A program made the translations under genes and the position numbers. DNA of 63,602 nucleotides, counting the filler, from Chiloscyllium plagiosum (lineage: Eukaryota), in NCBI RefSeq assembly GCF_004010195.1. It is 6 parts of 2 records of this genome, joined end to end, with 100 filler letters (N's around TTAATTAATTAA, not from the genome) between each part and the next. Parts side by side here need not be neighbours in the genome. Positions count along the whole stretch, not along the records: positions 1 to 14,389 come from NC_057716.1; 5 more parts are not named here. One strand, 5' to 3'. Shown here piece after piece: positions 1 through 13,267 of this stretch. The notes below the pieces were generated by a model. The model had not been told where the DNA came from. It searched no databases and worked only from the letters and a program-made list of their open reading frames with translations. The stretch's first letter is position 1. Each line of letters opens with the position of its first letter.

Positions 1-1379
1 CAACCGGCACTTCCTGCAAAAAAATGAGTTTCATAAATATAATAGCTCAACAATTTCCTGTAAATCCGCTTTTATGGACATACGGATGTCGTTCCTTGTT
101 CTGACATCTCCCAATTTCCAATTCAGTTCTGTCTAACAGTCCCAGCAGTAAAAAGCTCTGGATATTTTGTTCCCAATTAGTCAAACTCTCGTCATGTCTC
201 CCTACTCCCTAAATGATATCCAGTTCCCTCAATGTAGAAATTAATTTCCTCAGTCTATTTTGAGAATACAACACACAGTGGGATAGAGTGAGTTTCATTC
301 ATCTTTTGAACCCATTATTCCCTGATCAATCGTCTCCTTTATTCCACATATTGACCCGGTCAGGAAACAGTCTGATATCGTCTTACTCACAGAATTTGGT
401 CTGATGGGTACTGTTTCATGAAGCACCACCACTATCCCTGGGTATATAGTGACCCATGGATAGGAGGGATCCACCAGTGTTTGGAATACCGTGGGATACC
501 ATGGGATACACTCGGGAAAGGAATCCCTAGACCTCCCCAACGTTGATTCCAGAAACCGGGAAATCTCTAGGAAACAGTTCAGAAATGCTCAAGGAAATCG
601 CCGGATGATGAATATCTACTGGCCCACAACACCCCTCAGTAATAACTTAGTTCCCCATGATGTTGACAATAAAATGGAGGAAGCACTGAGGGTGAAGAGG
701 ACACAGTACGTACTCTGGGGGTGGGACTTCAATGATCATCACCAAGAGTGTCTTCACACCTACCACTGATTGAGCAGGGCGAAGCCTCAAATATACAGAA
801 ATGGAATTATGGGAAGAGATGGGGGAAACAACAGAAGTGAAACATCCTCTTCAAACTCATTGTCACTGATGTATCTGTCCGTAACAGTCTCTGCAAGAAC
901 ACCCAGTACATAGCCCTGGAGCAGGGAACGTTTCATCCTCATATTGAATATAGCACCCACACTGGTGTGCGGCACCACCTCCTGCAAAGTAGGACACACC
1001 TCTTAATGTCCGAGTAAATGGAAACTGGATATCCAACTGGACACTGTTGTCGAGCAGCATGTGCTACATCAAAAGCCTTCCCTTCATCATAAAGTCAGAA
1101 GTGGACAGTTCACTGGTGTAACCAAAATATTCAGCACAATTCACAACTTCACATCGACTCAAGCAGGCCATTGAGACCTTCGAGTGTCGTAAAGAAGAAC
1201 ATATTTTTAAACAGGGACGTTCAGTCATTCGAGACTGTTACTCAGCAATTGGAGCAGATCGTTTAATCTCTCAATCCTGTTACACAGGTAATGTAAGGGA
1301 ATTTTGAGCCTTTTAAAACTGTTACATGGGAATACGGGGAGGACAGATTACTGAGCCGTGAGCAGCGATACATTAGGGA

Positions 1380-1894
1380 TGTAGGGGGTAGTGTAATTTT
1401 TAAACGGTTAGCTGCATTTTAGTCTTTTCTACCTTATAGTAAACACAAGTGCCTTATAGTAAACACAAGCAGACACTCGAAACCGGTGCCGGAACTCCCC
1501 CTTGTTTTTATGAATGAAACAATTGTAACAGTTTTCCTCGATAGCTGAGAGACCGCCCTTTACCACAGTTGTACATCATCCATATAAGGAAAGAACGGGG
1601 AACTCGAACACTGATTGGCCAAGTGAGTAACAAAATAATCGCAGGCACCAGAACCTAAATAAGGAAAACAGTGGGGAACCCTAGCACTCGTTGGTCAAGA
1701 CAGCAGTAGGAGACCCAGCCCACATTTACGTGTATATAATGTGTGGAAATTATTATTAATGTGTGTGTACCATTTTTGCACCCGACTTTGCAAAGTTGAA
1801 TGAAAGGTTTTGGACAGACTCCTCCGTGTCTTTGTTCCTGGGAAGGGAAATAAAAGTACCGGAGATGGGGATGGACAGCCGCATATCTCGCACA
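1380..1894 (+). mobile_element. 5' LTR of a class I endogenous retrovirus
   Basis: Starts TG (1380) and ends CA (1893-1894) just before a PBS. Contains TATATAA (1733-1739), AATAAA (1849-1854) and a 20-bp tandem duplication (1432-1470). Boundaries approximate; an alternative 3' end near 2061 cannot be excluded. Confidence 0.55.
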
Positions 1895-1896
1895 AT

Positions 1897-1914
1897 TGGG
1901 GGCACCTCCGGGAT
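1897..1914 (+). promoter_or_regulatory. Primer-binding site complementary to tRNA-Pro 3' end
   Basis: TGGGGGCACCTCCGGGAT matches the Pro PBS TGGGGGCTCGTCCGGGAT at 16/18 positions and lies 2 nt after ...CACA. Confidence 0.6.
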
Positions 1915-2283
1915 GAAATAATTATTGCCGGGGGGGGGACGTCTCTTCGGCTCACGGATCAAGCCTGATCACAACAAAGACGCGTCTAGCATATATTTAT
2001 ACTTCTCACTGATCAGCTTGGTCTGTTGTCCGTCGGCCAAGAGAGGATGTGACCCGGCTCATTTAAAAATAATTTTGAATCCTGGAAAAAGGAACACACG
2101 GACGAGTGTTGGGACGACCGGTTAGTGACTATACACGGGGGTACACACATTTAAAAAGGCCAGACAACTCAGTGCACGGATCAAGGTAAGAGATGTTTTT
2201 TTGTTCTTCCTTGTTGGCCACTGGTTTTGACGGTCATCTGTGAGAACGCTTTAGGCGTTTAAGACCAGGACCGAAGATAGACC

Positions 2284-2422
2284 ATGGGAAATCAGACTTC
2301 TAGATTTACTAAGGAGAAGTCAGGGAAGACTGCAAATGGGAAAGAAATACCCCCCGATAGTCCACTAGGTCGGAAGTTAAGTCTATGGACGGACAGTAGT
2401 AGAACAAAGGACTTAAAGAAAG
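2284..2422 (+). CDS. gag: ERV gag N-terminus (matrix), runs into a gap
   Basis: MGNQTS fits a myristoylation signal and IPPDSPLG..L..W is a class I ERV matrix-like motif. ACCATGG Kozak context; leader splice donor AAG|GTAAGA near 2185. Confidence 0.75.
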
Positions 2423-3119
2423 NNNNNNNNNNNNNNNNNNNNNNNNNNNNNNNNNNNNNNNNNNNNNNNNNNNNNNNNNNNNNNNNNNNNNNNNNNNNNN
2501 NNNNNNNNNNNNNNNNNNNNNNNNNNNNNNNNNNNNNNNNNNNNNNNNNNNNNNNNNNNNNNNNNNNNNNNNNNNNNNNNNNNNNNNNNNNNNNNNNNNN
2601 NNNNNNNNNNNNNNNNNNNNNNNNNNNNNNNNNNNNNNNNNNNNNNNNNNNNNNNNNNNNNNNNNNNNNNNNNNNNNNNNNNNNNNNNNNNNNNNNNNNN
2701 NNNNNNNNNNNNNNNNNNNNNNNNNNNNNNNNNNNNNNNNNNNNNNNNNNNNNNNNNNNNNNNNNNNNNNNNNNNNNNNNNNNNNNNNNNNNNNNNNNNN
2801 NNNNNNNNNNNNNNNNNNNNNNNNNNNNNNNNNNNNNNNNNNNNNNNNNNNNNNNNNNNNNNNNNNNNNNNNNNNNNNNNNNNNNNNNNNNNNNNNNNNN
2901 NNNNNNNNNNNNNNNNNNNNNNCATCCGTGCACCCTGCATGGGAAATGGTGAAGCCAATACGTTGTAACTCCACCCGCCTGGTTAACAAGACGGTGGAGA
3001 TTCCAGTTGTTCCAGCTCAACACAAAGGTAGATTGCATTAGGGCTATAAGTTTGAGGTTGTGCCGAGGAAAAGGAAAGTGTCTGTGTTAAATTGAGACAT
3101 GTGTTTCACTGAACATTGC

Positions 3120-3830
3120 TCCTAACTCAGGGGGTGGGACGTAGATGTTTCAGAATCTCCAGAGAAGTCATTATGGTCCTCTCTGGCTCGTGGCAGTGTC
3201 TTCCCAACTTGGCGGTGGGAGAGGGCGTGAGAGAAGAGATATTAGGCTATCAACCACACGGTTTGGTTATTTCTAACCTTCAACGGATTGTTTCTTCTGG
3301 AATGGGTGAAAGGAGAGAGGGACTGAGGGAGAAAGTGGGTGTCCGTGCTGTTAGTGCTGGCACAGGTGTTTCAAGGGGAAAGGTGAAGTGTCCAGAGTGA
3401 CTCAGTGCGCAGTGTTGTGTGCATGCAGTGTTGTTAGTGTGCGAGGTGCGGTGTTCGGTGGGTGGGGTGGGTGGGCGGTGATCGAATATTGGAGAGTGAG
3501 AGATGCAAGGTGCTGCATGCAGAGAGGTTCAGCATGAGCCTTGTTTGGTGTTGGTGTTTTAACAGATATGCAATGAGTGTGAGAGAGCAGGGAGGAATAT
3601 GTTGATACTTATCCAGACAGAGCAGCAAAGGCTATTCCTACTTGTTCTGTATTGCTGGACATTTCTTCAGACCACAGATACTGCACTCGGTTGGGTGGTG
3701 AGCTCAGACCATGCTCGGCGGGTTTGGTGGTGTGGCCTCGTATGGGAAAATAATGGTCCTTCTCTGGGGCCATCCGTTGAGACCTCTGTACCCCTGTCAG
3801 CAAATCGTGGTGTAATTGTTCCTTATCTGC
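3120..3830 (-). mobile_element. Decayed PIF/Harbinger Myb/SANT-like DNA-binding gene
   Basis: 3822-3613 translates PRFADRGTEV...LFSHTRPHHQTRRAWSELTTQPSAVSVV*RNVQQYRTSRN (Myb/SANT-like pattern, internal stop), ending at a decayed donor. A weaker second-exon relic lies near 3300-3120. Confidence 0.55.
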
Positions 3831-4114
3831 GACACACGGACTGCGCTGTCCTTCGGCAGCTCCGAACTAGAATGTCAACCGTGTGCCCATTGTCATTTAA
3901 AGATCGCACCAGTGCCAGGGATCACGTAATATCCAGGGGCATCCGGGCAATCGTAATGGTGAGTACCTCCATGATGGGTGGGAGAATTGGGCTGGCACTG
4001 AATGAGAGGGAGACCAATGGGTTGGGTGGGTAGTTAATGACGAGGTAAGATAGTGCTCGGAACCTACCTCGGCCTTGTGCAGAACATCCGTCTGTCACAC
4101 TCAATGAAAATGAC

Positions 4115-6000
4115 ATTGTAACAGAGCTACGTCCTCCCTCATTCTATTGCCGTCTCCTTCATTTAAGCATTTGATCATGGTACTGCATATTATCTTCATA
4201 CGCTCCAAGTGTATTCTAAATTTAACCAGACTGAGATCGCTCCTTCCAAGAGGATCCTTAACCATGAGGAAATTAATTATTTCTAAAGCATTACACAGGA
4301 CCAGATTTAAGATAGGTTGCTTGCTTGTTGGTTCCATTACACATTGTTCTAGAAAACTATCAACAATAAACTCAACACTCTCCTCCTCAAGGTTACCCTG
4401 ACCGAGCTTGTACGAACAATTGAAATGTAGATTAAAATCCCTCATGAAAGCAGCCGTGAAATTTTTACAAGCATAAGTTCTTTCTTTGTTTGTTGCCCGC
4501 CCAAACGTGATGTTATTATTTAGTGGCTGAAAAAACTATGCCTGTCAGTGATTTTTCTTTGTTCAACGAAATTCTAATTTCCACGCAAATTGTTCAAATC
4601 TTATTGTCCATAGAACCGATATCATCTCTCAGCATCATTCTGGTGTCGTCCTTTTACATCAGAGGGACGCTACCTCTCTTGCCTTATTGTTTGTTTTTCC
4701 GAATTGACTGATTCCCCTCAATATTAAACTCCTGGTCATAACCATCCTGCAACCATATCTACGTAATGGCTACTAACTCATATTCATTCGCGATAATTTG
4801 ACTGTTAACTCTTTGATTTGTTGCAAATACTACGAACATTCAGTGAAAGTGTCCTTATGTTGTTTCCTTACCCCAATAATGTCTACATACTCAAGGAATA
4901 TCTCACTAGTTATCACTCCTTTTTCCTTCTTTCGTAGTGTGCCTTGAACTTAAAGCATCCAGCACACACGCTCACCTGCTGCTTACCTTTTCATTTACCA
5001 TCATACTTCGTGTGGTTTTCCCTTTCCCTTCCCCCAGCTCACGTGTTTAAAGTCCTGCTCACCGTGCAATTTATTGGTTTCGCTGGAACTCTGGTTCCCC
5101 GTCGGTTCAGGCAGAAATCATGTATCAGTACAGGTCTCTACTGTTCCAAAACTGAAGCCAAAGCCCAATGAAATGGAACTTTAACTTTCCAACACTACTC
5201 CTTTAGGCACGTTTACATCCGGAATTTTCTTTACCATCAGCGAATTTTCACGCGGCTTGGGCAGAAATCTGGAGAATATAACCCTTGAGGACCTGTTCCT
5301 TAATTTTGCTCACAGTGCTTGATAATCCCCAAACTGATCCTCCTTCCCGGCCTTGTCTATGTTGTTCGTCCCAACGTGGACCACAACAATTGATTCCACT
5401 CGATCCCATTCCAATATCTTTCAAGCTGGAAGTAGATATGCTGCACCTTGGTACTGGGCAAGCAACACACTTTCTGGGTCCGATTCTGCTCCAGCTTGCA
5501 AAGGATACTATCTATCCCACTAATTATCGCATCCCATTTAATTACCAGTTTTCTTTTTGTTCCCCTCTTGAATGTCCTTACGCACCATGGTGCCGTGCTC
5601 AGCTGGTTCACCCTCCCCCAGCCCTCTTCGTTATCCACAAGGGAGCAAGGATTTCATACCTGGTGGATAAGGTCAAGAACTGATCCTCCTCCATTCCTGA
5701 ACTCAGGGTCACCCTGCCTGCCTCACTTGCAATTACACAGAGTTATCCCTGATCACTAACTGAATTTGAATTATGGAATGTTCCACGTGTGACTGCCTCC
5801 TGAATCAAAGTGTCGAGTTAACGCTGCCTCGCCCGGGCGTGCCACATAATTTGAAGCTAACATTCCAGACTGTCAATTCCGAGCCGGATTACCTCCACCG
5901 ACCAACACTTGCTGCAGATGTGGTCACTGAAGTTCATTATGTGATCAATCAGCTCCCACATCGCACAGCTGCAGCACATCATCTGCCCAGATATCTTACT
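4115..6000 (-). mobile_element. CR1 LINE 5' part (ORF1 esterase-like relic plus APE endonuclease), decayed
   Basis: DFNL...FLEQCVMEPT..QPILNLVLCN...KDPLGRSD (endonuclease) and LVIKWDAIISGIDSILC...KVCCLPSTKVQHI (CR1 ORF1-like). Confidence 0.75.
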
Positions 6001-7847
6001 TTATTAAGATTTTTATTAGTTTATGCAACATTATGAGGTAATTATCTTCTAATACTTCTCTGATCTGCTCTATTTCAAATAATCACGTAAAACGTACACT
6101 AAAAAAAATGTAGTTTTTCACCAATCACAAAACAAAAACGACACAGAAAAGCTTTACTTTATCAGTACACCACCTTTTTTTGGTTACAAGAAGAGGATGG
6201 GTGGGAGATGAGACACGTGTAGTGTCTCGATTCAGCCGCAGCCCAAATATATCACTACATTCAACCTTCCAGCAGCCCCCAGCCATCTCTGTCACCGGTC
6301 CCACTTCTGCAGACACTGAAGCAATGTTCACTGCACAACTGTCCATACTGAATAGATACCTTAACCGCGTTTTTAGAACAAGACAGTGGTGTGGTCTGTA
6401 TATCTCCCCATGCTGGACAGATCCTTGCTTCTGGGTTTAGAAATCAGTGCACCGGTGTGGTCTGAACTGCCCCCCATGTTGGACAGATAACTCGAGGACT
6501 GGTGAGGCCTGCACAGTAAAGCATCCTGGGCAGATTGCTGGGTTGCACTGAGCCTGGTCTGCACAGTGGTCCAGGCTGAGCCGATATCTCATTTGTGTTT
6601 ATAATTATCCTGTCTTGATCTGTGAGCTGGATTGAGTATCCGATATAACTCTTGATATATCGCAACTCCAGCTCGTCCTCTTCCACTGTCAAACACCGTA
6701 TTTCCGCAACACGAAGTCCATTAAGTAATTATCGAAGGAAACCATAAATATCTATCCGTCTTGTAATGGATCAGGAAGACCTCCTCAAAATACACGATAA
6801 AGGTATTCACGATCTGATCGTTTTGTGAGGTGATGTGTTTCCGATGCAATTCGGTTGGTCAAAATCTTTGACATGAAGCAAAACACAAATTAATCAAACA
6901 CTGTAGAAAAACTACAACAAAAGTAAGATGTGATAATTCCATTGGACAACTTCAGAGGATAATATATTGTTTTACTACTAAACAGTAAATGATCCAATAT
7001 GGTAACAACTTATAAACTTACACCTGTGAAAATCAATTCAGAAAACAGATTATCTCACGTGTATTGTTCCAATCCAGGAGGGAAAAGCATCAAAGACAAT
7101 TCTTAAAGAAATTACAGAGAGACAGTGTAGCAGCAGGAGAGATTTATTGCTTTCCAACCTTGCTGAGACACCAGCAATAAGTGGACAAAGCTCAAAATAC
7201 GAATCTTGGCTCTGCAAGAGTTTGACAATCCCTCCACTGAAACAGATCACGACTCTACATTGCCAAAACGCCCACAAAGGAGGGACCATACCCACACTAT
7301 CTACGCCACTGTAAGAACCTCTTAATAAAAGCCTACGCCCACATAAGCAACTAAATTCTGGTAAGATAAATGTTAAAGTTAAACATAAATTAATAAAACA
7401 AATGGACGATGAAGGCCTATTGATCAGACGCAGAGCCCGTCGTGAGCCCAACTCTTCCTATTCTGCCAAAACGCAGTAGAAGCTTCGAGGTTTTTAAGAG
7501 AAAGCATCACCTCTCTCCGTCACCTCTAACTTTACAATTGCAGACATGCCATTCGCCTCATGTTCTGAGATATCAGCATGCAGAGCAGACAAAATATTAT
7601 TGAGAGATATAAGCTTTGTGGTAAAATGTGTGAACTGGAACTGTTTTTTCAGTGACTGCACCTGACGGTAGGCTCCAAGAATCCTAACTGCGGCACTGAA
7701 GGTTTCCTCTTCTATTAATAAGGGACTTCCTTCAATCTGTTCTCCCATAGTAACAGCGTCAGCGTCATCCTCAACACGATTGGTCTCAGCAGCTACACAG
7801 AGAGAGAGGAAGAGAATCATACAACAACAGACTGGAAACTGATTACA

Positions 7848-8023
7848 GTGGATCAGAATCTGAGAATGATAGACTGGCATGTTCCAAAAATGGACAGGAG
7901 TTTATACTGGGCTTTTTACGAGCTTTCTCCAGAAGGGACCTGGTTAGAGTATCAGATGGAAGGTGTCCTGATGAAATATTCAGGCGGGTTATGAGCACAT
8001 CCTCACCATTGTCCCTGTTCCTG
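7848..8023 (+). pseudogene. Degenerate first coding exon of GPR139-like GPCR (copy 1)
   Basis: VDQNLRMIDWHVPKMDRSLYW...WLEYQMEGVLMK(+1)IQAGYEHILTIVPVP aligns to the exons at 27914 and 38573. It has a +1 frameshift near 7977, and the donor GT is replaced by CT (8024-8025). Confidence 0.75.
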
Positions 8024-10049
8024 CTAAACTTATTTCTGTCAATTCTAAAAACGATGGCGAAGTTTATTGCTGTTTTGTTTATTCGTTATTTANNNNNNNN
8101 NNNNNNNNNNNNNNNNNNNNNNNNNNNNNNNNNNNNNNNNNNNNNNNNNNNNNNNNNNNNNNNNNNNNNNNNNNNNNNNNNNNNNNNNNNNNNNNNNNNN
8201 NNNNNNNNNNNNNNNNNNNNNNNNNNNNNNNNNNNNNNNNNNNNNNNNNNNNNNNNNNNNNNNNNNNNNNNNNNNNNNNNNNNNNNNNNNNNNNNNNNNN
8301 NNNNNNNNNNNNNNNNNNNNNNNNNNNNNNNNNNNNNNNNNNNNNNNNNNNNNNNNNNNNNNNNNNNNNNNNNNNNNNNNNNNNNNNNNNNNNNNNNNNN
8401 NNNNNNNNNNNNNNNNNNNNNNNNNNNNNNNNNNNNNNNNNNNNNNNNNNNNNNNNNNNNNNNNNNNNNNNNNNNNNNNNNNNNNNNNNNNNNNNNNNNN
8501 NNNNNNNNNNNNNNNNNNNNNNNNNNNNNNNNNNNNNNNNNNNNNNNNNNNNNNNNNNNNNNNNNNNNNNNNNNNNNNNNNNNNNNNNNNNNNNNNNNNN
8601 NNNNNNNNNNNNNNNNNNNNNNNNNNNNNNNNNNNNNNNNNNNNNNNNNNNNNNNNNNNNNNNNNNNNNNNNNNNNNNNNNNNNNNNNNNNNNNNNNNNN
8701 NNNNNNNNNNNNNNNNNNNNNNNNNNNNNNNNNNNNNNNNNNNNNNNNNNNNNNNNNNNNNNNNNNNNNNNNNNNNNNNNNNNNNNNNNNNNNNNNNNNN
8801 NNNNNNNNNNNNNNNNNNNNNNNNNNNNNNNNNNNNNNNNNNNNNNNNNNNNNNNNNNNNNNNNNNNNNNNNNNNNNNNNNNNNNNNNNNNTGCCAGTGA
8901 TGCTGATATCCCGTGAAATAGTGAAATAAACTGTCAGTGCAGGAGATCTTCAGCGTCTGAACTGTTTGAGAATCTCAGCAGGTATGGCACCCTCTGTAAG
9001 GACAAAAATAGATAATGATTCCAGTCCAGTAAACCTTAAGTCAGAACAGAAAGCACCCGGAAAACAACATTAGTTATGCAGGTATCAGGGATGTTTGGGT
9101 TGCAGAGGGGTGGGAGAGTTGTGGGGAAGGAAGTTTGAATTGAACGAAATGCGAAGTATCCAGCGAGAGAGAGATAGAGAGAGAGGGGTGGTTACAGAGA
9201 GTGAGAGAGATAGCGAGATAGATGAAAAGCAAGCGAAGGGATTGGGGTGATGATGAACTGGAAGAAAAATAAAATGACAGGTTATTCCAACATTGCCGCT
9301 CTTCCCATATTCCAGAATATCATTTTAATTTAGGTACTTCCTTGTTTAAAGTGAATTTTGTACACTCTCGATCTCTTCTCTGAATGGGGTGACCAAATCT
9401 ATTGAAAATACTGGTGCTGCCTTGAGAGATGGAGAGATGCCGAGTAAGGTAATGTTACATTGTCAACTGCTTCTTTTGAGAGAGGAACTGTTACTGTGGT
9501 AATGTGCAGAGGTGAAACGTCTTTCTCAGCCAGGCAGAGAATGGGTGCACAATGCGTTTGGGGAATTGACTTGTTCCTTTCATTGAAATGTCAATTAAGG
9601 CTCTGTGGATGGATTTCTCAGGTTTGTGTTGCCAGTTGCTGAGTTCACTCAGGGAGTCCCGAGGGTCTGCTCACCCCACTCTTGACACTGAATTTCCTGA
9701 GTGTTTGGCCCATGGTAAGCAAATGGAGCCAAGACTACACAGAAGGGGAGCCTTGAAATTAGGGAAGAGCAGGGTAATTTACTTTCCGAACTGGGATTTC
9801 GAGGATCGTTTTTTTTTTAATAAACTGGAACCATTCAGGTGTAAATTGTGAAGCCACTTTGTTTCAAAAATGATGTAGCAACTGAGCTGTGTTCACTCCT
9901 TCGGTTTAAACTGTGTTCACACACCAGGAACCGGATGAAGTGAACTGTTTCATGTCTGGAACGTTCGTGGGCAGGAGTGGGTTACATATCCACCGTATCT
10001 GGAGAGCCGTCCTTCAATGTATTCACGGGATGACAGAACAAATCTGAGA

Positions 10050-10900
10050 GGAATACATTGGTTCCACCTCCAAAGGAAAAGGTACAGAAACAAACTTCCA
10101 GAAATCATGGGTACTGATAAAAATAATGAACTGCAGGTAATTAGAATCAATGAAGTGTATATTGTTGAAAGTCTAACTGAACTGGACCTTGGTAAGTTGC
10201 TGCATTTGATGAGCTACTTTTCAGAGTATTGAGGAGGTGGCGATAGAGCTCTTGGGAGTATTACTGATTATTCTTCAAAGCTGGTTAGAACCTGGAAAGG
10301 ATTCTGCAGATTGGAAAGCAGCTGTAGTGAACCTAAGTATTTAAAACAGGGAGGGGAGTGAAAACAGTAAATTAAAGAGTGGAAACCTCGATGTAAACCT
10401 GTGAGTAAAATATTGGACAATTTCATAAAGATTGTGTCGACTAGATATTAATAGATATACGAGATATGATCTCGTATATTCGGCCTCGATTCAGGAAAGG
10501 GATATGATCTATGATAAACCCCTTGGAGTTTGTGGAGGTTGTCCATCGTGACATCAACAAGTTAGAACTAGTGGAAGTGGATTATTTGCATTTTAAGAAG
10601 ATGGGTGACAAGGTTGAGTAAAGGTGAGTGGAGAATTTTCGACTCTATAGGTTAATTGGTGTGGAACATATACCATATGGATTAAAAATTGGATACTGTA
10701 GAAAATGAAGAGAGTAGTGCTTTATCTTCAGGATTGAAGGCGTGTTGGGCACCCAAAGGATCAGCGTTTGGGCAAAAGCTGTTGACAAGGTATAAAAACT
10801 GTTCACATGTGAACAACAAATATCATCATTCACATTTATTTTATTATATTGTGAGAGGTTGGGAGTGCTCTTGATGAAAAGTACATGGATGTCCTTGGTG
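10050..10900 (+). mobile_element. Highly decayed CR1-type RT fragment
   Basis: Recognisable remnants of DWK.A.V.P.FK and VD..YL.F.K..DKV coding motifs, with many stops. Confidence 0.5.
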
Positions 10901-13267
10901 AAAGTACACCAGCATCATTCTTATGGTTCAAGAAGTAAATGATATTTGGCTGTTCATGCAAAATGATTGAAATGCCGGCGTTAGCACATTTTTCCCAACG
11001 TTAGTGCTTGGAAAAAGCATTTGGTGTACTGTGTACTTTTTTTGGTCAACTTTATATTTAAAAAATCTCCTTGTCACCAAGGCAATGCTCAGGAGTTTCA
11101 CCAGACATGATGGCACCACGAGGAAAGGGTGAATAAACTGCGTGTTTAATTTGTAGTACTGTGAGGCATTGAGAAGTTGAAACTTCATTATTATGGATGG
11201 ACATTCATTCTGTCCCAAACAGCTCAATAGGGTGGAAATTCCATTCTTTCCATTAGTTGTTTGATTCCGTACAGTTTTTGTGCCACTGCAGAGCCCCCAT
11301 GTCGATTCACAGAGAGGTCCAGGCTATGAAGGAAATCCGAACACTTTAAAGTGCTGTGTGAACCTGCACTGAACACGTTTAAAACAGTCCTGTCAGCCGC
11401 AACAACATCTTCAATTTGAAACAGTTAGCCATTCCCCACCAGTTTCTCACCTCCGTGTAGTCCAAGGGACTGCCTTCTTGGGGATGGAAGACGCCTTGCA
11501 GAATGGTTAAAAAGATTGGATTCATTCCTACTGCCAGAAAACCATTCTAGATTAAAGCAATCCTACTACGAGTCATGAAGCAAAGAGAATGCAAGTGGAC
11601 CAGTCTGCCTTTGCAGTTCATGCTCTATTTGTTTGTGACTTTGGAGCATCTCTGACACCTTCCTGTTCCTGTGTAAGTGACTTGAAGGGCTTAAAGGCCT
11701 CTTCCTCTTCCTAAGTGACTCCATTTGCGAAATGGTCTCTTTCCGATCCTGTTTATGTGATATGTGGAGCTGATGAAATTCCTTCTCTTCCTGTGTTACA
11801 GGCAGAGTGTTTTAATGAGGTATTCTTTCTCTTGTCTAATAGTTTTGACGGGTTGAATTGCTTTCCTACATTCTTGTGAAAACTAGAATTATATGCTGAG
11901 TGAGTTCCTCCATTTACTATGAACATGTGTTGCTCTGTTACACGAGTGTTGCCGACAATTGAACAGCATAATATTGAATGTTGTGTAAATGTTGTTGCAC
12001 ATGGACACAGACTACTTCAGTACTGAGGGATGACAATTTGTTCTGAGGTTTATGTAGTCCTCAGTAAAAAATCTCTCCTTCTGATCGCAGTGGACTCAAG
12101 TGGTTGAATGGCCTGTTTCCACTGACTGTAAGGATGCCCCGATGACAAACTGGAGATGCCTGGGGTGAGGAAGCTACCCTGAGGACCTCCTGCAGAGATG
12201 TTCCACGAATGAGATTATTGATGCGTACAGATGATAAACATCTTCACTTGTTTTGTGAATTACTCGAAACAGTGGGGAGCTTACAATCTATTCGCGAGAA
12301 ATACAATTTGCTAATGGTCCTTGACGCATTACTCAGTCAAATACTGCCTTGATATTAATGCCACTGCTCGTAGTGAGGCCTCGAAGTCACCTCTTGTATT
12401 CGTATCAATAGGTCATGCTGTGGAAGCAGGGAATATTTTCTTCAAACAGGGGGTAGTGAATGTCAGGAATTCCCTATTCCACAGAATTAGTGAGCTAGAT
12501 CACTGGAAGTGTTTATAAAGTAATTCGACGGACTTCGACCTGTCAGAGTGGTGAGGGCTATGAAGAATTGTGTATGAAAGAGGAATTGAGACCAACAGCA
12601 GATCAGCCACAATGTTAGTGAAGGGCAAGTCAGGCTTGAGGTGAAACGGGCTCCTGTTTCTGATCTTTTTCATTCTGTTTTTTGTCAAGTTTTGAATTAT
12701 ATTTTACTGGAGGTGCTGTTTTTGAGTGTTGTAGTTAGAGGGACCAGAATATTTTGTAAGCCATCTCTGGGTGAAATATGGGGACTGCAGTAACAATTAA
12801 TCTGGGTCTCCACATGACCAAAGAAATAATGAAGCACATATTGCAGAAAGGGGAAGCTATGTAAAGAAAGATGAAGGGCCACATTTTTACAATATATTTC
12901 TTAAATTATACAAATCATGTGTGACGGTCGTGAGGGGCTGAATGGTCTCATCTGTTTCTGTGCACTAGGCTGTGGCCTCCAACTGCGCCAGTCTGCTGGT
13001 TTGAGAGGCTGAATGGAAAATTTGGAATATAAAACTGAGCAACAGGAGTAGGTTATGAGACACTTTTTAGCTTCTCCGTCAGAAATTGAGATTTGGCTGT
13101 TAGGCTTGTGGCCTCAACTCCACTTTCCTTTAAGTATCACATTATCACTCTCTGTCAGATATTTAACTAACACAGTTTTAAATAAATGTCAACAGAAAAG
13201 AGCGCAAACTTCTGGTGAAGCAAATTCACACTCCAAAGTCCCTTTTAGAATTTCTCCTCATCCTTAT

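Noticed and set aside
1..770. Possible env gene upstream of the LTR
   Set aside because: No env motifs. The minus strand looks more like a decayed CR1 ORF1 relic, but too weak to call.
787..1060. Cys-rich ORF and RMKR furin-like site
   Set aside because: Short, no recognisable family, no supporting splice structure.
7991..8929. Long ORFs in the ORF track (also 2292-3038 and 45524-46411)
   Set aside because: Their length comes from N runs.
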